A stretch of 64,000 nucleotides of DNA from Eimeria praecox (lineage: Eukaryota), in the NCBI GenBank assembly GCA_963920595.1, contig OY986947.1, positions 2,914,001 through 2,978,000 on the forward strand, written 5' to 3'. The position numbers were made by a program, and so were the translations under genes. The notes below the pieces were generated by a model. It was not told the DNA's origin and did no database searches. It saw only the letters and a list, made by a program, of their open reading frames with translations. How positions within the stretch are numbered: position 1 is the first letter of the stretch; every line of letters starts with the position of its first letter. This document shows positions 11,613-41,996 of the stretch, piece by piece.

Positions 11613-13280
11613 AGCTTCTCCCTCTGCTGCTGCTGCTGCTGCTGCTGCTGCGGCTGCTGCTGCTGCTGCTGCTGCGGCTGCTGCGGCTGCTGCGGCTTAT
11701 GCTGCTGCTGGAGGTGGCTTTGCACTCGTGTGTTGTACGCAGAGGCGGGCTGCTGCCTCTGTAGAACCCGCATGCTCCCCCTGGAGAAAAGAAAAAGGAC
11801 AGAAGAGGGTTAGGGGGGTGTCTGACCCCTGTCAGCAGAATCGATTCTGGGCTGCCTACACAGAGGCTGTGCTCGTCTTCTCTTGCGAGCCTTCCTGGCC
11901 TTTGCAGAGAGGCTACCTTCGTTTCATAAAGTCTTACGTCATCAACTCTTTATCAAAAAAATAAAGAGAAGTCTGTGCTGCAGCAAGATTTGCTGCTGCT
12001 GCTGCTCAGCTGCACCTGGCCGTGCTTGCTGCTGCCGGCGTTCTTGAGGTGCTGCTGCTAGGGACAAAGGGAGCCAAAGAGTTAAATCAAAATTTGCAGA
12101 GCCTCCATGAGCCCTTCTGCTTGCGTGTCTTGCCCTTCTTGTCAAGAAACTTCCCACGACCCCAGGACACTCGGAGTGCTGTTCAGTGCGGGAACGACTG
12201 GCAGATCGTTGAGCTAGCTGAGAGATGCTGCAGCTGCCGGCTAAAGGTACGGCCTCTGTTCATCCTATCCTCTTAAAAACATCAAAAGAAGAATTCAAAC
12301 AGAAAAAGAAAAACCAAAGATTCAACAAGGACATACAAGGACCGCTTTCCAACTTTCTGCCGCCACCTGTAGCCGAGTCTGCATGCCTGGCCAACAACGG
12401 AAAGCTACAGCTGTGGGCTCTCCACAGATCAAGGAGGTCACAAAAGAAAGGCAATTGAAAACATGAATTCAAATTGCAAGAAAAGGCTCAACAAAAATAT
12501 ACATTTCCATGTCCTTAGCTCTGCTACACACTCAATCTTCTCCCGGTGGAATCGGGTGTACGTGCAGGTTGAGGGTTTCAGGTTGCACTTGCATTCAAAG
12601 GGATGAACTCATGTTTGTGAATACTTCAAAAAGTATTAGAACAAACTGTAACAAGAAGGTAACTGACGATACACCAGAAACGACAGCACACGTGAATGCC
12701 TTCTTTGCAGATACGCCGCACAGCTTGGAGAGCCGAAAGCTCCGATCATGAGGGAAACCATGAAAAAAAAGTATTTGTCGCTTCATTTTTGTGTTTTATT
12801 TAATTCATTTTACCAAATGAATCAAAAGAAATGCCGAATGACCGTATATTTAGCTCGCTTTCCACCCCGGGCTTTCGACAGACTCTGACTTGCACTGGTT
12901 GGAGCAGGGAACGACTTCCTTCTCACCTTTCATCTTTTAATTCATATAAGAATAAATAAATTAAATGCAGTGAATACAGAATATGCTTCAGAACAGAAGT
13001 ATACGCAATTAGGCCGCCCTTCCAGTCGACAGAATCTGACATCACGTCTCGATGCACGTACACAGAATCCCGAAAGTTTTGATGCTGCATGGATAGTATC
13101 TGCTGCAGATCGTTTGCGACAGCGAACATATCATGATTCTATATATTAAAACCAACACACAGCCATATCATAAGCACAGCCTCGAGAAGACAGTAGAGGT
13201 TTGTCTTCACCCTCGTGCCTTTACACGCGACAGGCTCAGGATACTCCCCCGGCCTTAGAAGGCCCTGCTTTGTAGAGGCC

Positions 13281-13590
13281 AGCTGTAGCTAGCTATCCCT
13301 AGCTTCATCCGGCTGAGGTTGGCGTAGCAACAGCAACTAGCCGTAGACCCAGCTACCTGTGACTAGCTAGCTAGCTGCGACCAGCTAGCCGTCGTCAGCT
13401 AGCTGTGGCTAGCTAGCTGTGTCCTATCCAGCCGTGTGCTAGCTACCTGTGGCCGTCCACTCGTGCACTACATAGCTGTGGATGGCAAGGTGCAACTAGC
13501 TCGCTGTGTGTGTGTGTGTGTGTGTGCTCGCTGTGTACAAGCTAGCTGTAGCTAGCTAGCGGTTGCTAGCTAGCCGTGGCTAGCTAGCTG
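13281..13590. repeat. Cluster of GCTAGC/TAGCTA palindromic motifs
   Basis: About 15 GCTAGC occurrences (manual count, overlapping) in ~310 bp, plus a short (TG)n tract, ~1.7 kb upstream of the AP2 start. Confidence 0.8.
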
Positions 13591-13712
13591 CGTAGTTGTA
13601 GAGGCGGCCTCCTCTGCTGGGATCGTCATTCAGCAGAAAATATATCTCTGACTTCATTTGTAAGAAGTGTAAAGTGACAAAAATACATTAAGTTGTCTGT
13701 CTCTAACAATTT

Positions 13713-13793
<81 letters not shown>

Positions 13794-13883
13794 TTGTATA
13801 TAATATTTATTATGCATATTATATATGTATAATATATATACTATATTACATATATAATATACATAATGTAGATGTATTATGGA

Positions 13884-13956
<73 letters not shown>

Positions 13957-14138
13957 CTGACTAATACAACTGTGAACATCAATTCACGTTTAAAAAACGT
14001 ATGCCCTCTATAAATATAAATTTGTTTATTCTACTAGCAAAGAAGAAGAGAGAAATTACAAAGAAGAAGAATAAAGAACAAGCCTTCAAACTTTTCTCTC
14101 TTTCGTTTGGCTGCATGCAGATCGCCACTTGGCTGACA

Positions 14139-14193
14139 ACCCTAAACCCTAAACCCTAAACCCTAAACCCTAAACCCTAAACCCTAAACCCTA
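14139..14193 (-). repeat. Telomere-like array immediately 3' of the CRNKL1 stop
   Basis: (AAACCCT)n on the + strand. Confidence 0.95.
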
Positions 14194-14212
14194 ATGAAGG
14201 AGAAGCAGACAA

Positions 14213-24794
<10,582 letters not shown>

Positions 24795-24856
24795 ATTCGT
24801 TGACGTTTATTAAGAAACAGAGACAGACAGACAGAGAGAGAGATATTAATATACAG

Positions 24857-24929
<73 letters not shown>

Positions 24930-25019
24930 GAGAGAGATGGATATAGATATATAGATATGTATGTAGATATATCTAGATAGATATATCTATATATGTATAT
25001 ATATAGAAATATATATCTA

Positions 25020-25051
<32 letters not shown>

Positions 25052-25206
25052 TATAGATAGATATAGATAGATATATCTATATATAGATATTTAGATAGAG
25101 ATAGATATAGGTAGATAGATAAAGATATAAAGGAGGAGGAATTGAGGGCTCAGAGATAAACACTCGTTATATATTAAAATAAGAAAGAGAGAGAAAGAGA
25201 GAGAAT

Positions 25207-25262
<56 letters not shown>

Positions 25263-25989
25263 GATAAAGAAGAGAATGAAGAAGAGTATTTAATGAATGA
25301 TGCTGTTGCTGTTCTTGTTGCTGTTGCTGTTGCTGCTGCTGTTGCTGCTGTAGCTGATGCTGCTGTTGCTGCCGCTGTTGCTGCTGCTGTTGCTGCTGCT
25401 GTTGCTGCTGTTGCTGATGCTGCTGTTGCTGCTGCTGTTGCTGCTGCTGTTGCTGCTGCTGTTGCCGCTGTTGCTGATGCTGCTGCTGTTGTTGTTGCTG
25501 TTGTTGTTGCTATTATTGATGCTGCTGCTGTTGTTGAAGCTGATGTCAGCACAACAGCAACAGCAGCAACAGCAGAGTTGCTGCTGTTGATGCTGCTGCT
25601 GCTGCTGCTGCTGCCGCTGCTGCTGCTGCAGCTGCTGCTGCTGCTGCTGCTGCTGCTCCTGCAGCAGCTATAGATACCCCAGCAACAAAGACAGAAGCAA
25701 TCAAAGAATAAAATAAAATAAAAACAAAATATATAACAACAAAGAAGAGAAAGAACACGAAAAGAAGAAAGATACAACCTCGATATATATATATCTATAT
25801 ATCTATAACCTCGCTCTGCTGTATAATAAATAAATATACAAGATAAAATGTTAAGAAATATATAAATAAATATATAAATATATAAAATATAACAATAATA
25901 TTTATAATTAATATAATTTTAACAATAAAAACAAAACAAACAAACAAACAAACACAGAAAAGAAAGAAAGAGGCTGAAGATGCATGCAT

Positions 25990-26043
<54 letters not shown>

Positions 26044-26080
26044 TTATAAGGAGGATGATATTGATAGGAATATAATATTT

Positions 26081-26111
<31 letters not shown>

Positions 26112-26294
26112 AATACTAATAATTATATTTATATTTATATTTTTATATTTATTTATACTTTATAATTATATTTAATACAACTTCAGGTGTATAACATCCT
26201 ACAATTAATTATCTTCTTCTGTTTCTTCTTTGTTTTTATATCTTTCTCTCTTTCTCTCTCTCTCTTTTCTTTGTGTTTTTTATTAGTTAGCTGT

Positions 26295-27126
<832 letters not shown>

Positions 27127-27221
27127 ATTTTCAAACTCGACGTTCTTTAAACTGTTTTCTTCATCTCGTTTATTGCTGCTGCGAGGCATCAGAACAGCAG
27201 CACGGCTGCAGCAGCAGCAAC

Positions 27222-27253
<32 letters not shown>

Positions 27254-27328
27254 TTGCTGCTGCTGCAGCAGCAGCAGCAAGAGCTACGGTGTAGTATCTG
27301 CTGGAACGGTTCTTTACTTAGCTGCTGC

Positions 27329-27369
<41 letters not shown>

Positions 27370-27403
27370 CAGTATATGTAAACAGGAGGGATGATGCTGC
27401 AGG

Positions 27404-27439
<36 letters not shown>

Positions 27440-28100
27440 GCTGCTGCTGCTGCTGCTGCTTCTATACATGAGCTGCCTCTGCTGTCTCCGCCTCCTCCTT
27501 TATATTTTTCTTTAAACACGAAAACAAATATTAAAACATGAAGCAGCAGCAGCAGCAGCAGCAGCAGCTCCTGCTGCTGCTGCTGTTGCTGCTGCTGTAT
27601 GCAGCACAGCAGCAACAGACACTGCTGTTGCTGCTGCTGCTGCTCTTGTTGGTTGCTGCTGCTGCTGCTGCTGCAACAGCAGCAGCAGCAGACAGCTTGC
27701 TGCTGTCTTTCTTCCTCTGTATATAATCTCAACGTCCTCCAAGCTGCTGCAGCAGCAGCAGCAGCAGCTGCTGCTGCTGCTGCTGTTGTTGTTGTTGCTA
27801 TTGCTGCTGCTGCTGCAGCTGCTGTTGCTTCTGTTTCTGTTGCTGCTGCTGCTGTTGCTGCTGTTGCTGCTGTTGCTGCTGCATATTTGCTGACATTTGC
27901 TGCTGCAGCTCCGGCGGTGTAGGAACTCCTCACACCTGCTGCTGCTGCTGCGGTTGCTGCTGCTGTTGCTGCTGCTGCTGTTGCTGCTGCTGCTGTTGCT
28001 GCTGCTGTTGCTGCTGTTGTTTCTGCTGCTGTTTTTGTTTTATATTTAATCTTTGGTGTATCTCTCCTTGTTGCTGCTGCTTCTCCCCTTGCTGCTGTTC

Positions 28101-28136
<36 letters not shown>

Positions 28137-28246
28137 CTGCTGCTTCTGCTGCTGCTTCTGCTGCTTCTGCTTCTGCTGCTGCTGCTTCTTCTTCATTTCT
28201 TCTGCTGCATCTTCTGCATCTTCTTCTTCCTCTCCTTCTGCTTCAA

Positions 28247-28278
<32 letters not shown>

Positions 28279-28332
28279 ACAGCAGCAGCTGCAGCTGCTG
28301 CTGCTGCTGCTGTAGTATCTTCTGCTGCTGGC

Positions 28333-29459
28333 TCAACCATATTTATTTCTACATATCGAATATAATAGTGTTCCTGTGATGGCAACGGCACTTCCTATCA
28401 TTCCCAAATATGTGATGGGCGTTTTGAAAACAATCAAAGCAGCAACAATAACCGCAATTCGTTTGAATGTGTTTGCTACTGCATGTGTTATAGTGTTTAA
28501 TTTTTCTAAACATATAAACGCAATTTCATTATATAAATAATAATATACACCACTCGTCAATACTTTGAAAAGAGCTGAAGAGGGAGAGAAGGCTGCTGCT
28601 TTAATTGCTTCGGCTGCTGCTGCTGCTGCTGCTATAGCAGCAGCATCCCCTTCTGCTGCTGCAGCTTGAATTTCTGCTGCTGCTGCTGCTGCAGCAGCAG
28701 CAGCAGCAGCAGGATCTGTGGATATAGCCGCTTTAATAAAAAAATATAATGCTGTTCCTTCAAAATAAATAGCGAACGGTATAGATATAATGGTAGCAGT
28801 CATAGTAAGCAAAGCAAACATATTCCTGGTGTCTAGGGAGGTTTGTTTTAATTTATATGTATATTGTATTGCTATTTTCGTTATTATCGCGCGCATGCAA
28901 CTTCCTAAGTTGCTTATCATTGAAAATATAAAACAACTCCAAGAGAAGGAGAAGTCAGCTACAGAAGCTGTACATACACCTAAAACAACAGCAAATAAAC
29001 TTAAATAAGAATAAATAGATAGATATTGATGTAATATAAAATAAGATAATAAAGCAGCTAACACAGGTTCCCCTGCTTTAATTATATGCGTAAATGCTAC
29101 TTCTCCCCTCGCCATAGATAACACAGCACCAAGATGAACTAGAAAATGTGATATACCTTGCGGTAATATATAATATAAATATATATTTTTATTTTTTATT
29201 TGTGGGGTAGGACGTAATTTAAATAACCATGAAAATATAAAGAAAAACCATCCTAAAAATAATTGAGCTGTAGATACACTCCAAGGTAGAGGTAATAATA
29301 TCAATGCTCTCTTATTATCTATATTATATAATATATTAAATGTATACCATAGAAATAAACTAAATAATATATTTATATTTGTTTGAAGCGTAGAAGAAAC
29401 AGATATATAATCGAATATACTTAAACTTCTCTTCTTATGAATATCATAACCACCCTTAA

Positions 29460-29517
<58 letters not shown>

Positions 29518-29626
29518 AGATAAACCCTTCTCTATATCTTCAACAGAGCCATAGCTGCTGTTGCTATGAACTAAACAATTCTTAAGAAACTCTCTCTCAT
29601 CTACTATCTCGCCGTCTCTCCCTCTC

Positions 29627-29708
<82 letters not shown>

Positions 29709-29730
29709 CTGGCAGCAGATGAAGCGACAT
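28333..29730 (-). CDS. APT1: Apicoplast triose-phosphate/phosphate translocator (pPT family), 465 aa, intronless
   Basis: pPT motifs LWYTFNILYNIDNK, HLGAVLSM..AFTHIIKAGEPV, YYLYNEIAFICLEKL..THAVANTFKR; C-terminal KYG and N-terminal YG (SYGSV) resemble Toxoplasma APT1 as I recall it. Confidence 0.92.
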
Positions 29731-30157
29731 CTTTGTTGTTTGCAGCGAGAAAAATAAAATAAAATATTAATAAATAGAAAAAGATATTAAAAACAATATA
29801 GTTAAGAAGAAATAATTATTCTAATCACACATTAGGGGGTTTAATAAATATATATTTATATATATTTATATTTTATTTATATTTATTTATATTTATTTAT
29901 ATTTAATTCACAATATAAACAAAGAAAATAAGATAATAATTACAATAACACAGCTGCGCGTACACCCTAAAATATATCTGTCTACACCTAAACCCACATT
30001 TTCATTTTTCTATTCTTCTTCGTATTTAAATAAAATAAAAATAAATTTATTTTATTTTATTTTAATTTAGTTTATTTGTTGTTGTTGTTGCTGTTGTTGT
30101 TGCTGTTGTTGTTGCTGCTGCTGTTGTTGCTCATGATGAAGACACCCTCTGTCTCGG

Positions 30158-30231
<74 letters not shown>

Positions 30232-30380
30232 CTGCTGCTGCTGCTGCTGCTGCTGTTAATGTTGTTAATGTTGCTTCATTTTAGACAAAATATAATTTAA
30301 ATAATTAAATAAATTATTTAATTTAAATATTACAAATTATTTTCATATTAAATATAATTTTAAAAACCCTACACACACAA

Positions 30381-30462
<82 letters not shown>

Positions 30463-30564
30463 ATCGAGGAGGTGTTAACTGTGTTAGATATGTTTGTTGT
30501 TTTTGTTTGTTTTTGTTTGTTTTATTTGTTTTATTTGTTTTAAATTATATTAATATTTATTTGT

Positions 30565-30611
<47 letters not shown>

Positions 30612-32077
30612 TATATAAACACTCTCGTTCACTCTAATTTCTATCTCTCTCATTCCTTTCTATCGTCTTGCTTTGTTATTATACTTATTTTATGTTTATT
30701 TTAATTAAATTTAATTTAATTTAATTTAATTAATTTAATTTAATTTAATTTAATTAATTTAATTTAATTTAATTTAATTTCACTCTTTTTCTGCTGCTGT
30801 CTACTGCTGCTGCTGCTGCTGCTGCTGCTTGTCTTTTATCTCCGCTTGTTTTTATTTATTTCATTTTATTTTTATTCATTTTTATTTATTTTTATTTATT
30901 TTTATTTATTTATTTTCATTTTTATTAATATTTATTTGTTTTTTAATTATATATTTATTTATTTTTGTTTGTCTTTACTCATTGCTTCTTCTGTCTCTGC
31001 TTACTACAGCTCTACTCTGTTTTTATGTTTATTTGTTGTTGTTTCTTGTTTGTTTTTATTTATTTATTTATTTATTTAATTTAATTAATTAATTAATTTA
31101 TTTATTTATTTTTATTTTATATTTATTTTCAATCTATCTTCATTTTTATTTCTTTGTCTTTTTATTATTTTTTCTACTCTTCTTCTCTCTCTTCTAAAAA
31201 TATATATTTATTATACAGACAAATATATATTATATTTATTGTATATATTATACTTATACATAACACATATTATCTATATATCTATATATCTATATTTATA
31301 TCTATATATCTATATCTATATCTGTATCTATATATCTATATCTATATATCTATATATTTATATATCTATATATCTATATATCTATATCTATATCTATATA
31401 TCTATATCTATATCTATATCTATATCTATATCTATATCTATATCTATATCTATATCTATATCTATATCTATATCTATATCTATATCTATATCTATATCTA
31501 TATCTATATCTATATCTATATCTATACCTATACCTATATCTATATCTATATCTATATCCATCTATCTATCTATCTATCTATCTATCTATATATATATATA
31601 TATATATATATGTCTAAATATGTATATAGGTATCTATACTATATATACTATACATATTATACTTACATATATTATATACACTTGCTTTTATTTATTTATT
31701 TATTAACAAAACAAAAAACAAAGAGCTGAAAATAAAATAGAAAAAACAAACAAACTCATCCCGTCCCCCGCATAAAATAAATATACAGCAGCAGCAGCAG
31801 CAGCTGCTGCTGCTGCTGCTGTAGCAGCAGCAGCTGGTGGTGGTGCTGCGGCTGCTGCTGCAGCTGCTGTGCACCAAGTGCTGCAGTTGTTGCTGCTGCT
31901 GCAGCAGCAGCAGCAACAATTGGTAATGGCTGCTGCAGCAGCAACAGCTATTACTGCTGCTGCAGCAGCAGCAGCAACAGCTATTACTGCTGCTGCTGTT
32001 GCAGCAGCAAATTTTGTTTTATTTTATTTTATTTTTATTTTATTTTATTTTTATTTTTATTTTATTTTATTTTATTT

Positions 32078-38225
<6,148 letters not shown>

Positions 38226-38284
38226 CAGCTTTATTATATATATGTATATATATATATATATAATAGAAAAAAGTTATATATATA

Positions 38285-38836
38285 CTACAAATATGCTAGA
38301 GACAAGGGCCTGTAAGACTTGGCTGCTGTTTCTGTTGTTGCTGTTGTTGTTGTTGTTCCTGCTGTTGCTGTTGTTGCTGTTGCTGCTGGTGCTGCTGCTG
38401 TGTCTGTCTCTGTTTGAAGCGAAGAAGAGCTATGATATTTGGCTAGCTGCAGCCCCACCAATGCATGCGTTTGGATGTGTTTGCTAATACATCTATCTGT
38501 GCACGATTTTTCGTGCACTTCTAAATTTGAATCTTTATATGGAGAACGCGAATTAATGCTGCTGCAACACCGAGAAAAACAAATTCGTTGCATGCGATTT
38601 AGGGTGTCTGTGACACCCGAAATACGGGCTATCAGCACTTCTCCTTCACTAAAATTATTTGAAGAAACCTCCAAATCTGAGAAGGATGATGATGATGCTG
38701 CTGCTGCTGCTGCAGCAAGAGCAGGAGCTGCAGCAGCAACACCTGCAACAGCTGAAGTTGTAGCAGCAGAAGAAGCAGCAGGAGTAGCAGCAGCAGCAGC
38801 AGTAGGAGGAGTAGGAGAAGATGAGGGCTGAGACAT
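38285..38836 (-). CDS. TIM10: Mitochondrial intermembrane-space small Tim chaperone, Tim10-like
   Basis: Twin CX3C motif: NRMQRICFSRC...YKDSNLEVHEKSCTDRCISKHIQTHALVG, matching the Tim10 pattern; flanked by Ala/Thr repeats. Confidence 0.85.
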   Translation of the reverse strand: MSQPSSSPTPPTAAAAATPAASSAATTSAVAGVAAAAPALAAAAAAASSSSFSDLEVSSNNFSEGEVLIARISGVTDTLNRMQRICFSRCCSSINSRSPYKDSNLEVHEKSCTDRCISKHIQTHALVGLQLAKYHSSSSLQTETDTAAAPAATATTATAGTTTTTATTETAAKSYRPLSLAYL

Positions 38837-39508
38837 TCTGAATGCTGGATGCTGCTCACTTCAAGACAATCAACAAACTAATGACAAGGAGAAGACATTG
38901 AAGAAGATCCGAAGGAAATCATAGCTGAAAAAGTACAACTTCTTTGCCTCCTATGATCTGCAATACGATGATGATGAAGAAACCGCAGCAATTGAGAGCC
39001 TCCTTTCTCTTTCTCTGTGATATTTATCAAAGAAAAGAAGAAAAAGAAAGTATATCCTCTTAATAAATTCATAAAATGCTGAATTTGATGCATCTAACCC
39101 TGCAGATACACGTAGCCGAAGATGAGGGGGGCCCCTCTGTGCAGCTACGGTCCTTCGTGGTCGGCAGCGTCTTATGAGGGGAAATATCTTCTTTTCATGA
39201 TTTTTTTTCTGTGAATATTAAAATATATGTAGTATTAAACAAATTAATCGGAAAAACTCATGAAGAATACATTTAATAATCGCAAGCACCCGAAGATCAT
39301 CCCCACAGAGAAGATCGGTGGACCGATTGAACTTCAGCTAAAGGAAACAGAAAATATAAAATAAAAGTTTTTTCGTTATTTTACAGACTAAACGAAATAA
39401 AATCAAAAATAAAACCGAAACTATGGAGTAAATTTCCCATTCCTCCGCTAAAAAGTGCTGAAATCTTGCAAATATATATCACGACAATGATTTCAGATTA
39501 AATACAAA

Positions 39509-39528
39509 TGAGGTGTACATACACCTCA
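39509..39528. promoter_or_regulatory. Palindrome TGAGGTGTACATACACCTCA in the TIM10/RSM22 divergent intergenic region (member of a dispersed motif family)
   Basis: 9-bp perfect inverted arms with a 2-bp spacer; exact reverse complement at 55384-55403. The regulatory role is inferred only. Confidence 0.45.
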
Positions 39529-39692
39529 GCAAGTGCCGCTTTCCGTAAAGGAGGGAACTTTTATACGTCATTTTTGTTCGTTTATTTATCTTTTTAGAAG
39601 AGGGAAGGTTGATCTTTATTTTCAAAATCTCACATGATACAAAACAGCTCACTTCACTAAAACACACTTTTAATCGTTCATTTCCCCTGCCG

Positions 39693-40877
39693 ATGACTGC
39701 CTCCCTCCCTCCAGCTTTCCTTTCTTCTCGTCGCTGTTTTCTCTCCACTTCTCTCTCCGTTTCCAATCGATTACACGTACATACACCCGAACTTCCTGCC
39801 GTTGTCCTCCCTGCAGCCGCCAAGGGCTGGCGTTCTGCTGCCTCAGCAGCAGCAACAACAGCAGCTTCGAAAACCCAAGCTGCAGCAGCAGCAGCACCTG
39901 CAGAAACATCAGCAGGGACAGGAACAGCAGCAGCAGCGGAAACAGCAACAGCACGAGTTGCCGTCGGCCCAAGACGGCTTATAGCTGGGGTTTCTTCTTC
40001 TTCTCCTCCTCCTTCTTCGTCTTCTTCTTCCTCTTCTTCTTCGTTTTCTTCTTCTTTTTTTTATTTGCAGAGTAGAAAATCTTCTTTATCTTCATCTCCA
40101 TTCCTTCCTTTTCACCAGAGGAGGCGAGCATCTCGAGCCTTCGCTTCCAGCAGCAGCAACAGCAGCAGCAACAGCAGCAACAACAGCAGCAGCAGCAGCT
40201 TCTACAACAACAACAGCAGCATTAGCAGTAGCAGTTACAACGACGATAGCAGCAACAGCAGCAACAGCAGCAGCAGCAGCAATAACAACACCATAAACAG
40301 CTGCAGCAATGGCTCTAGCCCTGCTATCTCCGCAATTCCTTCCACCACCAGCAGCAGCAACAGCAGCAACAGCAGCAGCAACAGCAGCAGCAACAGCAGC
40401 AGCAGCAGCAGCGGAGCGCGTCGTCCTCCATGTAGTTCTTTTTGTTCTTCTCCATGCAGCAGCAGCAGCAGCATGGGCTGCCCGAAGAGCAAACCTAGCA
40501 ACAGCAGCAACAGCAGCAACAGCAGCAACAGCAGCAGCAGGAGCAGCAGGAGCAGCAGGAGCATAAGACACGGTTCCTTCGATAGCATCCACCGCGGCTA
40601 TTTGTTTGATCGTATATCTTTGTCTCCTCGCTCGAACATATTATATTATTTAAATTTAGAGGAGATGTGTGCATGCACACTAAAACCAGTAAAGCTTCCT
40701 GATAAGATATTAAATAAACTCGAACAGTTATTAAAATATATTGGGAGAAAGAAAGATATAGAAAAACTAGCAAATCTAATAACAGATAAAATGACGTCAA
40801 GAACATCTGTAGAACTACCGAGAGTCCTACCTTCTGTTCTTATACCTGGGCTGCCTCCCATCATACACCAAGCTATA

Positions 40878-40915
<38 letters not shown>

Positions 40916-41601
40916 GCAGGATGAGGAAGAGGAAGAAGAAGAGGAGGGGGAGAGTAGTGGTGATGATATGATGAGACCTGTATCTGATTCTTTCTTAAGA
41001 GACAAAGATATAAAAGAATTGCTGCGTCTACCTGCAGCAGCAGCAGCATTATCTGCTTCGATTCCGTGCAAAGATAAGTTACAACAAGAGGCAATAGCTG
41101 CAGCAGAAGATAGGAGACATCCTCTCTATAACCAGTTAATATCATCATTCTCTCCTCTAACAGCAGCAGCAATAACAGCAGCACGTCTTCCAGGTGTATA
41201 TGCATCTCTTGTTCGTATATTATATGAAGTTAAACAACGATATCCTACATTCAAACCTAAAAATATTTTAGAAATGAATGCGGGATTTGCTGCGGGGTTA
41301 CTCGCTATGCATGCAGTCTATGGAGACCTCCTTCTTCATGATCCTGCTGCTGCTCTGAAGCCACAAAACAAGCTACGTACAACAGCAACAGCAGCAACAG
41401 CAGCAGCACCAGCAGCAACAGCAGCAGCAACAGCAGCAACAGCAGCAACAGCAGCAGCAGGAGGGAGAAGAGATAGCTCATTTGATTTGTTAGTTGCTGT
41501 AGAGCCATCGATTCATCTAGCAAATGTAGGAAAATATCTTCTATCAGATCTAAACCCTCCAGTACGATGGCAGTTAGGATTCTATCAGAACAGAGATTCA
41601 A

Positions 41602-41639
<38 letters not shown>

Positions 41640-41964
41640 ACAGGAGGAGAAGGAGGAAGATATGAAGAAGAGAGATATGATGTCGTAATTCTTCCGCATA
41701 CATTGATGCAGATGACGTCAGGTTGTCTATCTCGATCAAGTTTAGTTAAACAAGTTTGGGGCTGCATGCGCGATGGAGGGATTTTGATATTATTAGAGAA
41801 AGGAACACCGACAGGATTTCGTATTTTACATAATATCAGAGAAATGTTTATTAAAGAAATGAAAATGAAAGAAACAGATATCTATTATGATTCTTTGGAA
41901 TACAATAATAAATATTATAATAATAATAATAATATAGATAATATAGATAATATAGATAATATAG

Positions 41965-41996
<32 letters not shown>

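Noticed and set aside
25981..25992. TGCATGCA motifs (also 7162, 14112, 40670)
   Set aside because: Well-known abundant coccidian octamer; too few copies here to infer anything.
25091..26040. 228-aa and overlapping ORFs upstream of CRNKL1
   Set aside because: Simple-repeat translations; likely 5'UTR or promoter region.
38878..39093. 71-aa ORF upstream of TIM10
   Set aside because: No recognisable features; at most a uORF.
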